A stretch of 64,000 nucleotides of DNA from an uncultured Candidatus Binatia bacterium (GTDB lineage: Bacteria > Desulfobacterota > Binatia > UBA9968 > CAXXLF01), in contig OZ244621.1 in the NCBI GenBank assembly GCA_965218425.1, positions 3,488,001 through 3,552,000 of the forward strand, in the 5' to 3' direction. Positions 49,571 to 58,760 of this stretch are shown piece by piece. The translations under genes and the position numbers were made by a program. The notes under the pieces were generated by a model, which was given only the letters and a program-made list of their open reading frames with translations, had not been told where the DNA came from and ran no database searches. Each line of letters starts with the position of its first letter. The stretch's first letter is position 1.

Positions 49571-50650
49571 ATGAAACGAGCGATTTTTTTAATACCTCTT
49601 TTGGTAGCCGTATGGGTCTTGGCTGACGCTGAAGCCGCCGGGCAAGAGGAATGGGAACGAACCCTGGCCGCGGCCAAACGGGAGGGGAAGGTGGCGATCA
49701 CCGGCCCCGGCGGGCCCGAGGCGCGCGAAGCGCTGATCGGGCCGTTCACGAAGAAGTACGGTATTGCCGTCGATTTCATCGGTGGCTCCGGGAGGACAAC
49801 CTCACCCCGCGTGTTAACCGAGCGCAGGGCACGCAGGTTCTTATGGGATGTTTACATCCAGGGCACGACTACGGGTCTGACGACTATGATACCCGCGGGT
49901 GCCTTCGACCCACTGCAGCCTGCGCTTATTCTGCCCGAGGTTATGGACCCCAAGCACTGGCGTGGGGGGAGCCTTGAGTTCGTCGATGACGGCCGTCGTC
50001 TGATGGTAATGACGCCTTCCTATCGAGGCATTCTCTTCGTCAACACTGCAATGACCAACTCCGAGGAGTTCACGTCTTACAAATCCCTCCTGAACCCAAA
50101 GTGGAAGGGCAAGATCATCATCGACGATCCTCGGAAACCCGGCCCGGGCAATGCGACATTCCTGTTCTTTTATTTACATCCCGAATTGGGCATCGACTTT
50201 ATACGGGCCTTCGCGCGCCAGAAGCCTGTAATACTCAAGAACTACCGTCAGGAGGTCGATCTGGTGGCTCAAGGCAAATTTCCGATCCTCCTCGGTGGCT
50301 GGGAGTTGCCCGTTGAGGTCCTGATGAGAAAGGGGTTGCCCATAGCCATTGTGAAGCCTGCCCAACTTCAGGAGGGCTCGGACGTGAGCCCGTCCAACGG
50401 GGCCGTGGCGCTTTACAATAATGCGCCGCATCCCAATGCGGCCAAGGTCTATATCAACTGGCTCCTATCCAAGGAGGGCCAGACGCTGTTCTCGCGGGCG
50501 ATGGGCTATATTAGCGCGCGTCGGGACGTTTCCACGGATCATTCGCCTTGGCGGGTCCCCGCGCCCGGCGCGATTAAAACCTACACGATGGAGGCCATGA
50601 AGGTGAAGAGGGAACTCGTACCCAAGCTGCAGAAAGTGTTTGGCCGTTAA
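49571..50650 (+). CDS. Orphan ABC substrate-binding protein (paralog of 38739-39866)
   Basis: Signal peptide, AAAKREG, LLNPKWKGK, APHPNAAKVYINW. Confidence 0.85.
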   Translation: MKRAIFLIPLLVAVWVLADAEAAGQEEWERTLAAAKREGKVAITGPGGPEAREALIGPFTKKYGIAVDFIGGSGRTTSPRVLTERRARRFLWDVYIQGTTTGLTTMIPAGAFDPLQPALILPEVMDPKHWRGGSLEFVDDGRRLMVMTPSYRGILFVNTAMTNSEEFTSYKSLLNPKWKGKIIIDDPRKPGPGNATFLFFYLHPELGIDFIRAFARQKPVILKNYRQEVDLVAQGKFPILLGGWELPVEVLMRKGLPIAIVKPAQLQEGSDVSPSNGAVALYNNAPHPNAAKVYINWLLSKEGQTLFSRAMGYISARRDVSTDHSPWRVPAPGAIKTYTMEAMKVKRELVPKLQKVFGR

Positions 50651-50856
50651 CGGATACAAACGAGCAGATGGATCTCATATGGACCTGAATTCAAAATGAA
50701 GGTTTGGCTTTTCTAACGGGGGTTCCGGACCGCCAGAGCAGTTACAGGCGGAGGGGGGAATCCTGACTCCGGAAGGGGACCTTGGAAGTTCTCCTCCGCA
50801 TTTCATCCTATTTCAACATTCACGGACTCTTACAAGGATCTTATAGATCAGTAATT

Positions 50857-51050
50857 GGGGCTGTGCACTTGGCTCAAGTTCCGTCAATAAGTTGTGCTCT
50901 CCGAGAATCGCCTCGGCGCTGGGGCGGGCGATCCGGCGTCGATACCCTAGCCGCTCCAGTCCGCTGTAACCCCTCCAGGCGTCCGTCCGTACCTGGCTGC
51001 CGAGTTCAATGGCGCCGGTGACCGCGGGCGCCAGGCTGCCGGCCGTGCGG
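50857..51050 (-). mobile_element. IS1595-family transposase remnant
   Basis: SLAPAVTGAIELGSQVRTDAWRGYSGLERLGY on minus strand; end-like ggggctgtgcacttggctcaagt. Confidence 0.6.
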
Positions 51051-51415
51051 CGCGGTAACGTGTGCGCGACGGCTCCAAGCTATAACGCGCCGTGTTTGTT
51101 TCCTTAAACCCCCACGGCTTGCTGGAACTATATGAAAGAAATCGAAAACGTCCAGCGGGTGGCTGAGGACACGGCGGAAGAGGTTAAATCTCTCCTGGTG
51201 GAGAATCACATTAATGCGCCAATTTCAGAAATCCATGAGACCACCGCTTTAACAAATATTGAGCAAACTGTGGTAGAGTTAGCAGGACAGGAATCATCAA
51301 TTCCGCGCGCCGGGATAGAATCGTGCAGCAGCGCCGTCATGAACCGCTGTATCGGAAGCCGTCAGCAGATGGTGTGGGAGGCGGGCCTGAGGCCCGCCTG
51401 TCCGATCACGAACTC

Positions 51416-52174
51416 ATGAAAGCGTCCGGGTTCTGGTCCGTCCGCCTACGGGTCCTTGCAACCATTCTGCTGCACCTTTCGTTCGCCATGATAGGTTGCG
51501 CCACATCTTCCGAAGTCGAGCTTTTCCGCATTCGGCCTCAACGGCCGGTCCAGCAACTAGAAGCCAAGGCGCGCGTCGCGGTTCCACCAACGGAAAGCGG
51601 AGAGACACTGGGATCCGAACTGGTCGACCTTGCGTCTCTGGACCCGACTCTGCGATTCGACATTCGCTACGTGGGAACGAACAACTTCATGGGAACCCCG
51701 TTCTATCGACAGGCCAAAGCCTATCTCCAGCGGCCGGTGGCCGAAGCCTTGCTCCTGGCTCACAAGCAGTTGCGACAGGAAGGCTTTGGATTGATGATCT
51801 TCGACGCCTACCGCCCCTGGTACATGACCTGGATGTTCTGGGAGGGCACGCCCGAGAGTTTGCGGCGGTTTGTGGCGGACCCGGCCTCTGGGTCCCGGCA
51901 TAATCGAGGCGCATCTGTGGACCTCACCCTGTATCGTCTGGAATCGGGCCGGCCTGCGTCGATGGGGAGCGGCTACGATGAATTCACCGAACGCTCTTAT
52001 CCCGACTACCCGGGCGTAACCCCCAAGGAGCGGGAACACAGGAATCTTCTCAGGAAGACGATGGAAGAGCGGGGATTTACCATCCACCCCTACGAATGGT
52101 GGCACTTCGATTATCGGAACTGGTCCGAGTATCCGATCCTGAATTTGACCTTTGAAGAACTAGAAGGCCCGTAG
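51416..52174 (+). CDS. ddpX: D-alanyl-D-alanine dipeptidase (peptidase M15D, VanX/DdpX family), probable lipoprotein
   Basis: DAYRP, SRHNRGASVDLTL, EWWHFD. Confidence 0.88.
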   Translation: MKASGFWSVRLRVLATILLHLSFAMIGCATSSEVELFRIRPQRPVQQLEAKARVAVPPTESGETLGSELVDLASLDPTLRFDIRYVGTNNFMGTPFYRQAKAYLQRPVAEALLLAHKQLRQEGFGLMIFDAYRPWYMTWMFWEGTPESLRRFVADPASGSRHNRGASVDLTLYRLESGRPASMGSGYDEFTERSYPDYPGVTPKEREHRNLLRKTMEERGFTIHPYEWWHFDYRNWSEYPILNLTFEELEGP

Positions 52175-52369
52175 CACCGCAGAAGCCAGTCGACCCGGAT
52201 CCAGTCCTCCGTCCGATACGCTCCATCGCCTCATGGAAGCGATCCCGCTACTCCAGCGCGGTCCCCCTGGTGGTGGGTATTTTTGGGATGAAGAGAGAAT
52301 GAGGCGATTCACCAAGACATCGGTCAAATCGCCTCGTTCTTTCGGGAACCTCCGCCTGGAAGGTTCCGA

Positions 52370-53083
52370 CTAGAAGCTGCGCGAGATGGAACCGAACACG
52401 ATTGAGTCGGTATCGGAGCGATTATTATAGTTGCGGCCCTCCGTATAGAACAGGTCAATGCCGAAACCCTTGACCTTGGTGCCGACTCCCAGGTGGTACC
52501 ACGTATAGCTCGTGCCACCCTTGAAGGCTTTGTACCCGCCCTTGCCTAACAAGGTAACAGGAAGAGGGAGCTGGTCCATAGGCAGCGGCACGGATGCGCT
52601 CAGGACAATGCCGTCATCATAGGCTGTGCCGAATCCATGGTTGTACGTGGCCCCGAAGCTCGCAAAGCCCGCGTCGTAACTGACAGCCGCCTTGGTGTCC
52701 GCATAACTTTCCCAGCCAGAGTCAGGCTTAACGGAATCGCCATTCGGGTAGTGATAGTAAAGAGCGGTGAAGGTGACGCCCAGCTTGTCGGTGAGCTTCA
52801 TGCTGTACCCGCTATAGTAATCTATCTCGATGCCGCCGACACCTTCGCCGGTCGCGCTTGCCACGTTGGACGCCCAGACTCCGGCAAATGCCCCGGTGCT
52901 GTGCGACCAGTCGAAACTGCCTTGAAGCGCCGGGAGATTGTCGGTTTGGGTGAGACCGTTAAAGACGTAGTTCGATGTGAGCTTGACGCTCGCGGAGAAG
53001 CTCGACTGCGCTTGAACCGATGCTCCGTACGCCAGACCGACGACAACGGCGAGTGCGCCGACAAAAACCTGTCTTAGCTTCAT
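52370..53083 (-). CDS. Outer-membrane beta-barrel, TorF/TIGR02001-like putative porin
   Basis: Signal peptide; SNYVFNGLTQT..PALQG, GVWASNV, EIDYY; terminal Phe. Confidence 0.8.
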   Translation of the reverse strand: MKLRQVFVGALAVVVGLAYGASVQAQSSFSASVKLTSNYVFNGLTQTDNLPALQGSFDWSHSTGAFAGVWASNVASATGEGVGGIEIDYYSGYSMKLTDKLGVTFTALYYHYPNGDSVKPDSGWESYADTKAAVSYDAGFASFGATYNHGFGTAYDDGIVLSASVPLPMDQLPLPVTLLGKGGYKAFKGGTSYTWYHLGVGTKVKGFGIDLFYTEGRNYNNRSDTDSIVFGSISRSF

Positions 53084-53320
53084 AATAATAATCTTCCTTC
53101 TCAGAGTGGAATTCTCAAAACAGTTCATCATAACTTACCTCCTGGAATCCAGCTTGACCGTATCTCTCAATGTGCGATATTATTAAAAACAACTTTCAGC
53201 CGATGCTGTCAAGCACATTTTTTACATCATTATTTCTCGATCGGCAACCTCTTAATATATTGGGCGGTCCCATTTATGTTTCTGAATGTCGGGCTTGCTA
53301 ATGCGTTTGAAACATTCGTT

Positions 53321-54178
53321 TCATGCCTTTCTTTCCATATGGCCGCGTAATCGTTCGCTGCGCCGGCGTAACAACTCCAGGATAGTCAATAGCAGGATCG
53401 AAACACAGACCAGGAGAGTGGCGACGGCCAGGATGGTCGGGCGGATCTCTTCCCGGATGCCCGAGAACATTTTCCATGGGATGGTGCGCTGTTTCACGGA
53501 GCCGATAAACAACACGACGACCACCTCGTCGAAGGAAGTGATGAAGGCGAACAAGGCGCCCGATATCATTCCGGGCAGAATCAGCGGCAGGATCACCTTG
53601 AAGAAAGTCCGGACCGGGTCGGCGCCCAGGCTGGCGGCGGCACGGGTCAGGGAATGGTCGAAACCGACCAGCGTCGCGGTTACCGTAATCACCACGAACG
53701 GCGTGCCCAGTGCCGCGTGGGCCAATATGACGCCCAAGTGTGTCGAAGTGATGCCGATGCGGGTATAGAAGAAATACATGCCTGCGGCCGAAATAATCAG
53801 CGGCACGATCATCGGTGATATCAGCAAGGCCATGAACGCGGTCTTGAAGGGCATCTGAGATCGGCTCAAACCGAGAGCGGCCAGTGTGCCGAGGAAGGTG
53901 GCGATCAGCGTCGCAAAGATGGCGATTACAAAGCTGTTTTGTACGGCTTTTTGCCAGGAACCCTCGGTGAAAAACTCGCGGTACCACTTGGTGCTGTATC
54001 CTGCCGGATCGAACGACAACATTTCCGGGGTAAAGGTGAAATACGGCAGTTCGTTGAAGCTCAGCGGAACAATCACGAAGATCGGTGCGATCAAGAATAC
54101 GAAGATTGCGGCGCAGATCGCCCGGTAGGTATAATACCAAATCTTTTCGATGGGCGACGCGTATATCGGCGGGGGCAT
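53321..54178 (-). CDS. potC: Polyamine-type ABC transporter permease
   Basis: PMIVP, AAASLGA, FITSFDEV. Confidence 0.85.
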   Translation of the reverse strand: MPPPIYASPIEKIWYYTYRAICAAIFVFLIAPIFVIVPLSFNELPYFTFTPEMLSFDPAGYSTKWYREFFTEGSWQKAVQNSFVIAIFATLIATFLGTLAALGLSRSQMPFKTAFMALLISPMIVPLIISAAGMYFFYTRIGITSTHLGVILAHAALGTPFVVITVTATLVGFDHSLTRAAASLGADPVRTFFKVILPLILPGMISGALFAFITSFDEVVVVLFIGSVKQRTIPWKMFSGIREEIRPTILAVATLLVCVSILLLTILELLRRRSERLRGHMERKA

Positions 54179-54187
54179 GGAGTTGAC

Positions 54188-55450
54188 TCAACCCAGCTTC
54201 ATGTTGTCGATGCCGACAATCTTGTCGTAGAGCAAATAGAGCGCCAATACCAAGGCGAGCAGCATGACGCCCAGGGCGGCGGCCAAGCCCCAGTTTAGAG
54301 TTTGGCCGACATGGACGGCGATGAAGTTGGAGATGAACGTGCCGGTTCGTCCGCCCACAAGTGCGGGAGTGATGTAGTAGCCGATTGACAGGATAAAAAC
54401 CAAGATGCAGCCGGCGCCGACGCCTGGAACGGTATTGGGCATGTAGACCCGAACGAACGCGGTGAACGGGGTCGCCCCGAGCGAGCAAGCTGCTCGCATG
54501 TAGGACGGAGGAATCGTCTTCATCACCGAGTAGAGCGGCAGGATCATGAACGGGAGCAGGATGTGGGTCATGGCTATGAATGTGCCGAGCTTGTTGTGGA
54601 TCATTTGAATCCGGGCCTCTTCGGGGATTATTCCAACCAGGACGAGCAGGTCGTTGAGCACCCCTTCGGTCTGCAGCAGGGCGATCCACGATGTCGTTCG
54701 TACCAGTAAGGAGGTCCAAAACGGCAACAGCACGAGGATCATCAGAAGATTGCTGATGCGTAGCGGCAAGGTGGCCAAGAGATATGAGACCGGATAGCCC
54801 AGCAACAGGCACAGCAGCGTAATCAACGCGCTCATCCATAAAGTGCGGTGGAACAGGGTCAAGTAGATCCGGCGCTGCTCGGGCTGCCGGGCGATCCCGC
54901 CCCGATCGTCGAGCTTCAGGTCCATCGAAGCCAAGAAATAACTACCGGTCAGCGGGCCCGACTCGCGATGGATCAGCCGCCAGGTTTTGATGTCGCCCCA
55001 GCGCTTGTCGATCATGATCACTTGGTCTTTGAACGGCGCTTCGGTTATACGCTTGGCGCGTCGCCCCGATTTGCGGAACAGACTGGACATGCCGGGCTTT
55101 TCATAGTTCAGGCGCCGACCGACCCGGCCAAGGGTCTTTTCCTTGAACGCCGTGTGCATATCGAGCACCAGAGCTTCGAATACGGCTTCGTCGGGCAAAT
55201 AAGCGCCGGTGGCATCCCAGCCTTGTATGGAAACAACGGTACGCGGCAGGATGGACGCGACGATCTGATTATCGACGCTGCGAAACAGCATGTCGAGAAT
55301 CGGCAAGACGAATGCCACGATGAGAAAGGCCAGCAACGGGGCAACCAGCATCAGTGCACGCAAGCGGCTAAGTAACAACGCGCGTTGAAGGCTGAGCCTC
55401 AACTGCACGCCGTCGACAGTTCGCATCACCTCATCTGTTGGCTCAGACAT
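54188..55450 (-). CDS. potB: Polyamine-type ABC transporter permease
   Basis: LLPFWTSLLVRT, LPFMILPLY, RAACSLGA. Confidence 0.85.
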   Translation of the reverse strand: MSEPTDEVMRTVDGVQLRLSLQRALLLSRLRALMLVAPLLAFLIVAFVLPILDMLFRSVDNQIVASILPRTVVSIQGWDATGAYLPDEAVFEALVLDMHTAFKEKTLGRVGRRLNYEKPGMSSLFRKSGRRAKRITEAPFKDQVIMIDKRWGDIKTWRLIHRESGPLTGSYFLASMDLKLDDRGGIARQPEQRRIYLTLFHRTLWMSALITLLCLLLGYPVSYLLATLPLRISNLLMILVLLPFWTSLLVRTTSWIALLQTEGVLNDLLVLVGIIPEEARIQMIHNKLGTFIAMTHILLPFMILPLYSVMKTIPPSYMRAACSLGATPFTAFVRVYMPNTVPGVGAGCILVFILSIGYYITPALVGGRTGTFISNFIAVHVGQTLNWGLAAALGVMLLALVLALYLLYDKIVGIDNMKLG

Positions 55451-55493
55451 GCGAGATGACCCCGAATGGCACGATATGGAATCGAAAGGATCG

Positions 55494-55525
55494 CCGGGCG
55501 AGGCGTGCGGGCACGCCCCGCCCGG
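55494..55525 (-). terminator. GC-rich stem-loop between potD and potB (mRNA-stabilising or partial terminator)
   Basis: ccgggcgaggcgtg-cggg-cacgccccgcccgg. Confidence 0.5.
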
Positions 55526-55536
55526 TTGTCAATTGG

Positions 55537-56640
55537 TTACTTTGCGAGCCATGCGTTGAAACGCTCGTCAAGCTCGGCCCGGTGGTCCGCCCACCAGACA
55601 TAATCGAAGTTTAGGACGGTCTTGGCGTTTTTCTTATCGGTCGGCATGTGCGGCCTCATGTCGATACCGAGTTCGGCGTGTTTGCCGACCAATGGACCCG
55701 AGGAGTGACGTGCCGGGCCGTAGGAGATATACTTCGCCTGATCCGCCAGCCGCTGGGTGTCGGTGGCAAATCGCAGATAAGCCTTCACGGCGCCGGGATT
55801 CTTGACGCCTTTAGGCACCACCCAGCCGTCCAAGTCGAACGCCTGCCAATCCCATAACATGGTGATGGGTTGTTTCTTCTCCACAATGGCTGAAAACAGC
55901 CGGCCGTTGTAAGCCGAGGCTATCACCACTTCACCGTCGGCCAACAGCTGCGGGGGCTGTGCCCCCTTTGACCACCAGACGACGTGGTCTTTTATGGTGT
56001 CGAGCTTGGCGAAGGCCCGATCTACGCCCTCGGGCTTGCTCAGCACCTTGTAGACGTCCTTGCTCGGAACACCATCGGCAATCAGCGCCCATTCCAGGTT
56101 GTTGATCGGCTTCTTTTCCAGAGAGCGCTTGCCGGGAAAACTCTTCAGGTCAAACACGTCGGCAATCGTGGATGGTTGCCTGTCCTTAAAGGCGTCGGTG
56201 CGGTATCCGAAGGTGGTGGAATAGACGATACTGGGAATGAAGCAGTTCGTTCCGCCCGGGGTCAGCGTGCCGGCGAAGAAGTCTTTGGATGCCGGTGTGC
56301 CGTCGGGAGCCGGGGCCAACCAGGTGTCGGGATCGATTGCCTCCAGCAGCCCTTCGTCGCATGCCGTGATCGCGTCGGAGGCGGTCATGTCGATAATGTC
56401 CCAGGTGACGTTGCCTGATTCGACCTGAGCCCTGAGCTTGGCCAGTGCTTGGGCCCCCTGGTCGTCATTGATGATCTTGACGTTCGGGTTCGTCGCCACA
56501 TAGGGGTCATGGTAGGCCTTTTGCTGGCTCGCCGTATAAGCGCCGCCCCAGGACACGATGGTCAGATCGACGGCGTGGGCACTCCCGGCCGCCAAAGCGA
56601 CGCCTGCCAGGGTCACTATGGAACGTAGCAACTGTTTCAT
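55537..56640 (-). CDS. potD: Polyamine-type ABC transporter substrate-binding protein
   Basis: Signal peptide, VSWGGAY, QLLADGEV, AYNGR. Confidence 0.85.
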   Translation of the reverse strand: MKQLLRSIVTLAGVALAAGSAHAVDLTIVSWGGAYTASQQKAYHDPYVATNPNVKIINDDQGAQALAKLRAQVESGNVTWDIIDMTASDAITACDEGLLEAIDPDTWLAPAPDGTPASKDFFAGTLTPGGTNCFIPSIVYSTTFGYRTDAFKDRQPSTIADVFDLKSFPGKRSLEKKPINNLEWALIADGVPSKDVYKVLSKPEGVDRAFAKLDTIKDHVVWWSKGAQPPQLLADGEVVIASAYNGRLFSAIVEKKQPITMLWDWQAFDLDGWVVPKGVKNPGAVKAYLRFATDTQRLADQAKYISYGPARHSSGPLVGKHAELGIDMRPHMPTDKKNAKTVLNFDYVWWADHRAELDERFNAWLAK

Positions 56641-56823
56641 CGGTTACCTCCTTATAATTTATGGCAATTATCCCATGAAACCATGTAGGGGCAGTTTAGA
56701 TTACAGGGACATGCCCAGGTCCTCGCCTGATCTACCGTTGTCCCGTATGAACTCAGGTAGGCATGAACCCTGGGCATAGTAAATAAGAGGGGAGTCTGTC
56801 AAGGTTATTTTGAACAGTAATCA

Positions 56824-56853
56824 TTGACATGATTCCCCTGGCAATGCTACAAC
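56824..56853 (+). promoter_or_regulatory. Sigma70-like promoter inside the IS1595 element
   Basis: TTGACA-18 nt-TACAAC with TG extended -10. Confidence 0.55.
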
Positions 56854-56857
56854 CCCT

Positions 56858-56990
56858 GGTGCGTTCGAGAAAGAAGCCCGATGTGTCGGGTCTTCTACTC
56901 AATAGAACACCCCGCACAAAGGCAAAGGGTAGCTCCCTGAGCCTGGGGGAATAGGTAGATCGACATGCTTCTTTCGTCGAACGCAAGACC
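56858..56990 (+). ncRNA. Candidate structured RNA/leader (long hairpin) inside the IS1595 element
   Basis: 56860-56877 pairs with 56967-56985 (18 bp, one bulge); further inner pairings. Confidence 0.45.
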
Positions 56991-57025
56991 CGGCAACCTA
57001 ACGGGCCAGCGTAAAGGAGGGAAGC

Positions 57026-57403
57026 ATGAAGGGGTTATGGATTCTCCTGTTGTTGTGTGTTTTGCCGATCCCATCATGGGGGCAGGGACGTGATGCAGAT
57101 GGTTCCTTTGCCCTATGTATCGGGGAGTTAAAACGAGGGGTTGAGATTGTGGCACTAGGTCATGAATTGCTTGGGAAAACTCGGACGCGGGCGCCATCTC
57201 TCTCAACGGATGGCATAGAAAATGGGCTTAAGGCCGTAAAGGATTCTATTGCCGTTTATACAGAGGAGTTGATCTACGCTTTGGAACAAGCAGCCCAGGG
57301 GAAGATAAGTCTGGAACAAGTTAAGGCCGATTTTCGGACGTTATGTTCTGACCTAAGGAAAGTTCAATCTAAATACAGGCAGGCCCTAACAAAGAGGAGA
57401 TAG
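57026..57403 (+). CDS. Hypothetical secreted helical protein (IS passenger)
   Basis: AAGGAGG RBS, signal peptide MKGLWILLLLCVLPIPSWG. Confidence 0.75.
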   Translation: MKGLWILLLLCVLPIPSWGQGRDADGSFALCIGELKRGVEIVALGHELLGKTRTRAPSLSTDGIENGLKAVKDSIAVYTEELIYALEQAAQGKISLEQVKADFRTLCSDLRKVQSKYRQALTKRR

Positions 57404-57406
57404 TCT

Positions 57407-57544
57407 ATGGAGCAAAAGGAGAAGCCAAAGCCCACCATAAAAAAAGTGGAGTCTAAAAAGGCCGACCTTAACCCGCGCCACCTCGAAGACTTCAACGCTC
57501 TTTTGAGGAAGATCGCAACCCCGACAAAGCCACGTCAAACATAG
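57407..57544 (+). CDS. Small basic hypothetical protein (45 aa) overlapping the transposase 3' end
   Basis: GAGGAG RBS; MEQKEKPKP...HLEDFNALLRKIATP; below the ORF-track cutoff. Confidence 0.55.
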   Translation: MEQKEKPKPTIKKVESKKADLNPRHLEDFNALLRKIATPTKPRQT

Positions 57545-58361
57545 CTTCTGGGTTCTTGCGATTACTGTAGCGGAAGGAGAACTCGTCAACGTACTTGCTG
57601 AGATGTTTCCTAGATACCCACACATGGGTGCCTTTGATGCTTAACTTCAGCCGCGCCCAAAACCCCTCAGTGTTCTGCACATGCACATCGCCAGCCACGT
57701 ACTGCTTAGCGGCATGCTGAACGGAAGCATGCTCGTACCCATAGTGTTTAAGGATTTTATAGGTATGCATCTCATCCGTACTAATACGAGAACCTTTTTC
57801 GATGGCCGCATTGATCCGAGGGATTAAGGTCTCTCTCTTGACATCATCAACTGGCATGGCCTTGATTCTTCCACCACGCTCAACCATGCCGAAAACGATT
57901 GACTTCCCTCCCGCACCGCGCCCACGCTTACCTGGGCGCTTCCCTCCGATGTAGGTCTCATCAATCTCAACGTGCCCCTTAAGCATATCGGAAGATTTAT
58001 CGGACATGAGTTTACGGACTTGGTGACACATGCGCCATGCAGTCTTATAGGTAACGCCTAATTGACGTTCCACTTCTTTTGCGGACACTCCTGAACGGGT
58101 GACGGTCATTAGGTAGATGGTATAGAACCAGTCGGAAAGAGGGGTTGTGGTTTTCTCTAACACCGTGCCCTGAGTCGGGTAGATCTGGTAGCCGCACCAG
58201 CGACACTCAAAGCAACGCCTCCCGCGAACACGATGGAACTTGCTTGCTTTTTGGCATGTGGGGCATGTATAATGAGTACCATAATGGAGATTCATAAGCT
58301 CCTGAAGACAGGAGTCGTTGTCTGGGAACCGTTTGCGAAAGTCGTTGATTGTGAATTTCAT
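57492..58361 (-). CDS. IS1595-family transposase
   Basis: Zn ribbon CPTC...CRWC, HTH LGVTYKTAW, EIDETYIGG, STDE, NTEGFW. Confidence 0.92.
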   Translation of the reverse strand: MKFTINDFRKRFPDNDSCLQELMNLHYGTHYTCPTCQKASKFHRVRGRRCFECRWCGYQIYPTQGTVLEKTTTPLSDWFYTIYLMTVTRSGVSAKEVERQLGVTYKTAWRMCHQVRKLMSDKSSDMLKGHVEIDETYIGGKRPGKRGRGAGGKSIVFGMVERGGRIKAMPVDDVKRETLIPRINAAIEKGSRISTDEMHTYKILKHYGYEHASVQHAAKQYVAGDVHVQNTEGFWARLKLSIKGTHVWVSRKHLSKYVDEFSFRYSNRKNPEAMFDVALSGLRSSSKER

Positions 58362-58392
58362 TATTTCCCCCTTTGGAGGCAAAATGACTGAC

Positions 58393-58632
58393 TCAGCGAA
58401 AATTGTTCAAAAAGTCATCTATCTCAGCTTGGAACGCTTTCAGACGCGGTTCAATGTACGACACCTTATCAGTGGGACTGTCGAAGCGGCGCAATTTGAG
58501 GAGAACCGCATCACGAGTGGTAGGGTCCATAGCGACAAGGGCCGCAACCAAGATGCCCTTAAGCGCCGTGACTTGGACCTGTAGATCGTCTATCGCAGAT
58601 GCGAGTTGGTGAAGTGGGTCGTTTGCTTGCAT
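58393..58632 (-). CDS. Hypothetical protein (IS passenger, probably leaderless)
   Basis: ATG lies 6 nt after TTGACA-17-TATGGT promoter that overlaps the TIR. Confidence 0.6.
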   Translation of the reverse strand: MQANDPLHQLASAIDDLQVQVTALKGILVAALVAMDPTTRDAVLLKLRRFDSPTDKVSYIEPRLKAFQAEIDDFLNNFR

Positions 58633-58760
58633 AGTTACACCATAGCATACCGAATACATGTTGTCAAGGGATAAACACCTAATTTATTGCTGGTCGTATA
58701 ATACTCCGGTCGGGCACTCGGGTGCCGCGTGCGCCCTTCTGGACGCTTCCTGATCTTGTT

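Larger units (their letters stand above)
56663..58679 (-). mobile_element. Complete IS1595-family element with passenger genes (2017 bp)
   Basis: 8-bp TSD TAATTTAT at 56655-56662 and 58680-58687; imperfect 25-bp TIRs ggcaattatcccatgaaaccatgta / ggtgtttatcccttgacaacatgta. Confidence 0.92.

Noticed and set aside
51132..51419. 95-aa ORF upstream of the dipeptidase
   Set aside because: No recognisable motif or convincing RBS, and it lies beside an IS remnant.
53298..54839. 513-aa alternative-frame ORF over potB/potC
   Set aside because: Off-frame overlap with clear permeases and low-information Arg/His-rich composition.
56858..56990. 6S RNA assignment
   Set aside because: It is shorter than a typical 6S RNA, has no clear central bubble and lies inside an IS; kept only as an unknown structured RNA.
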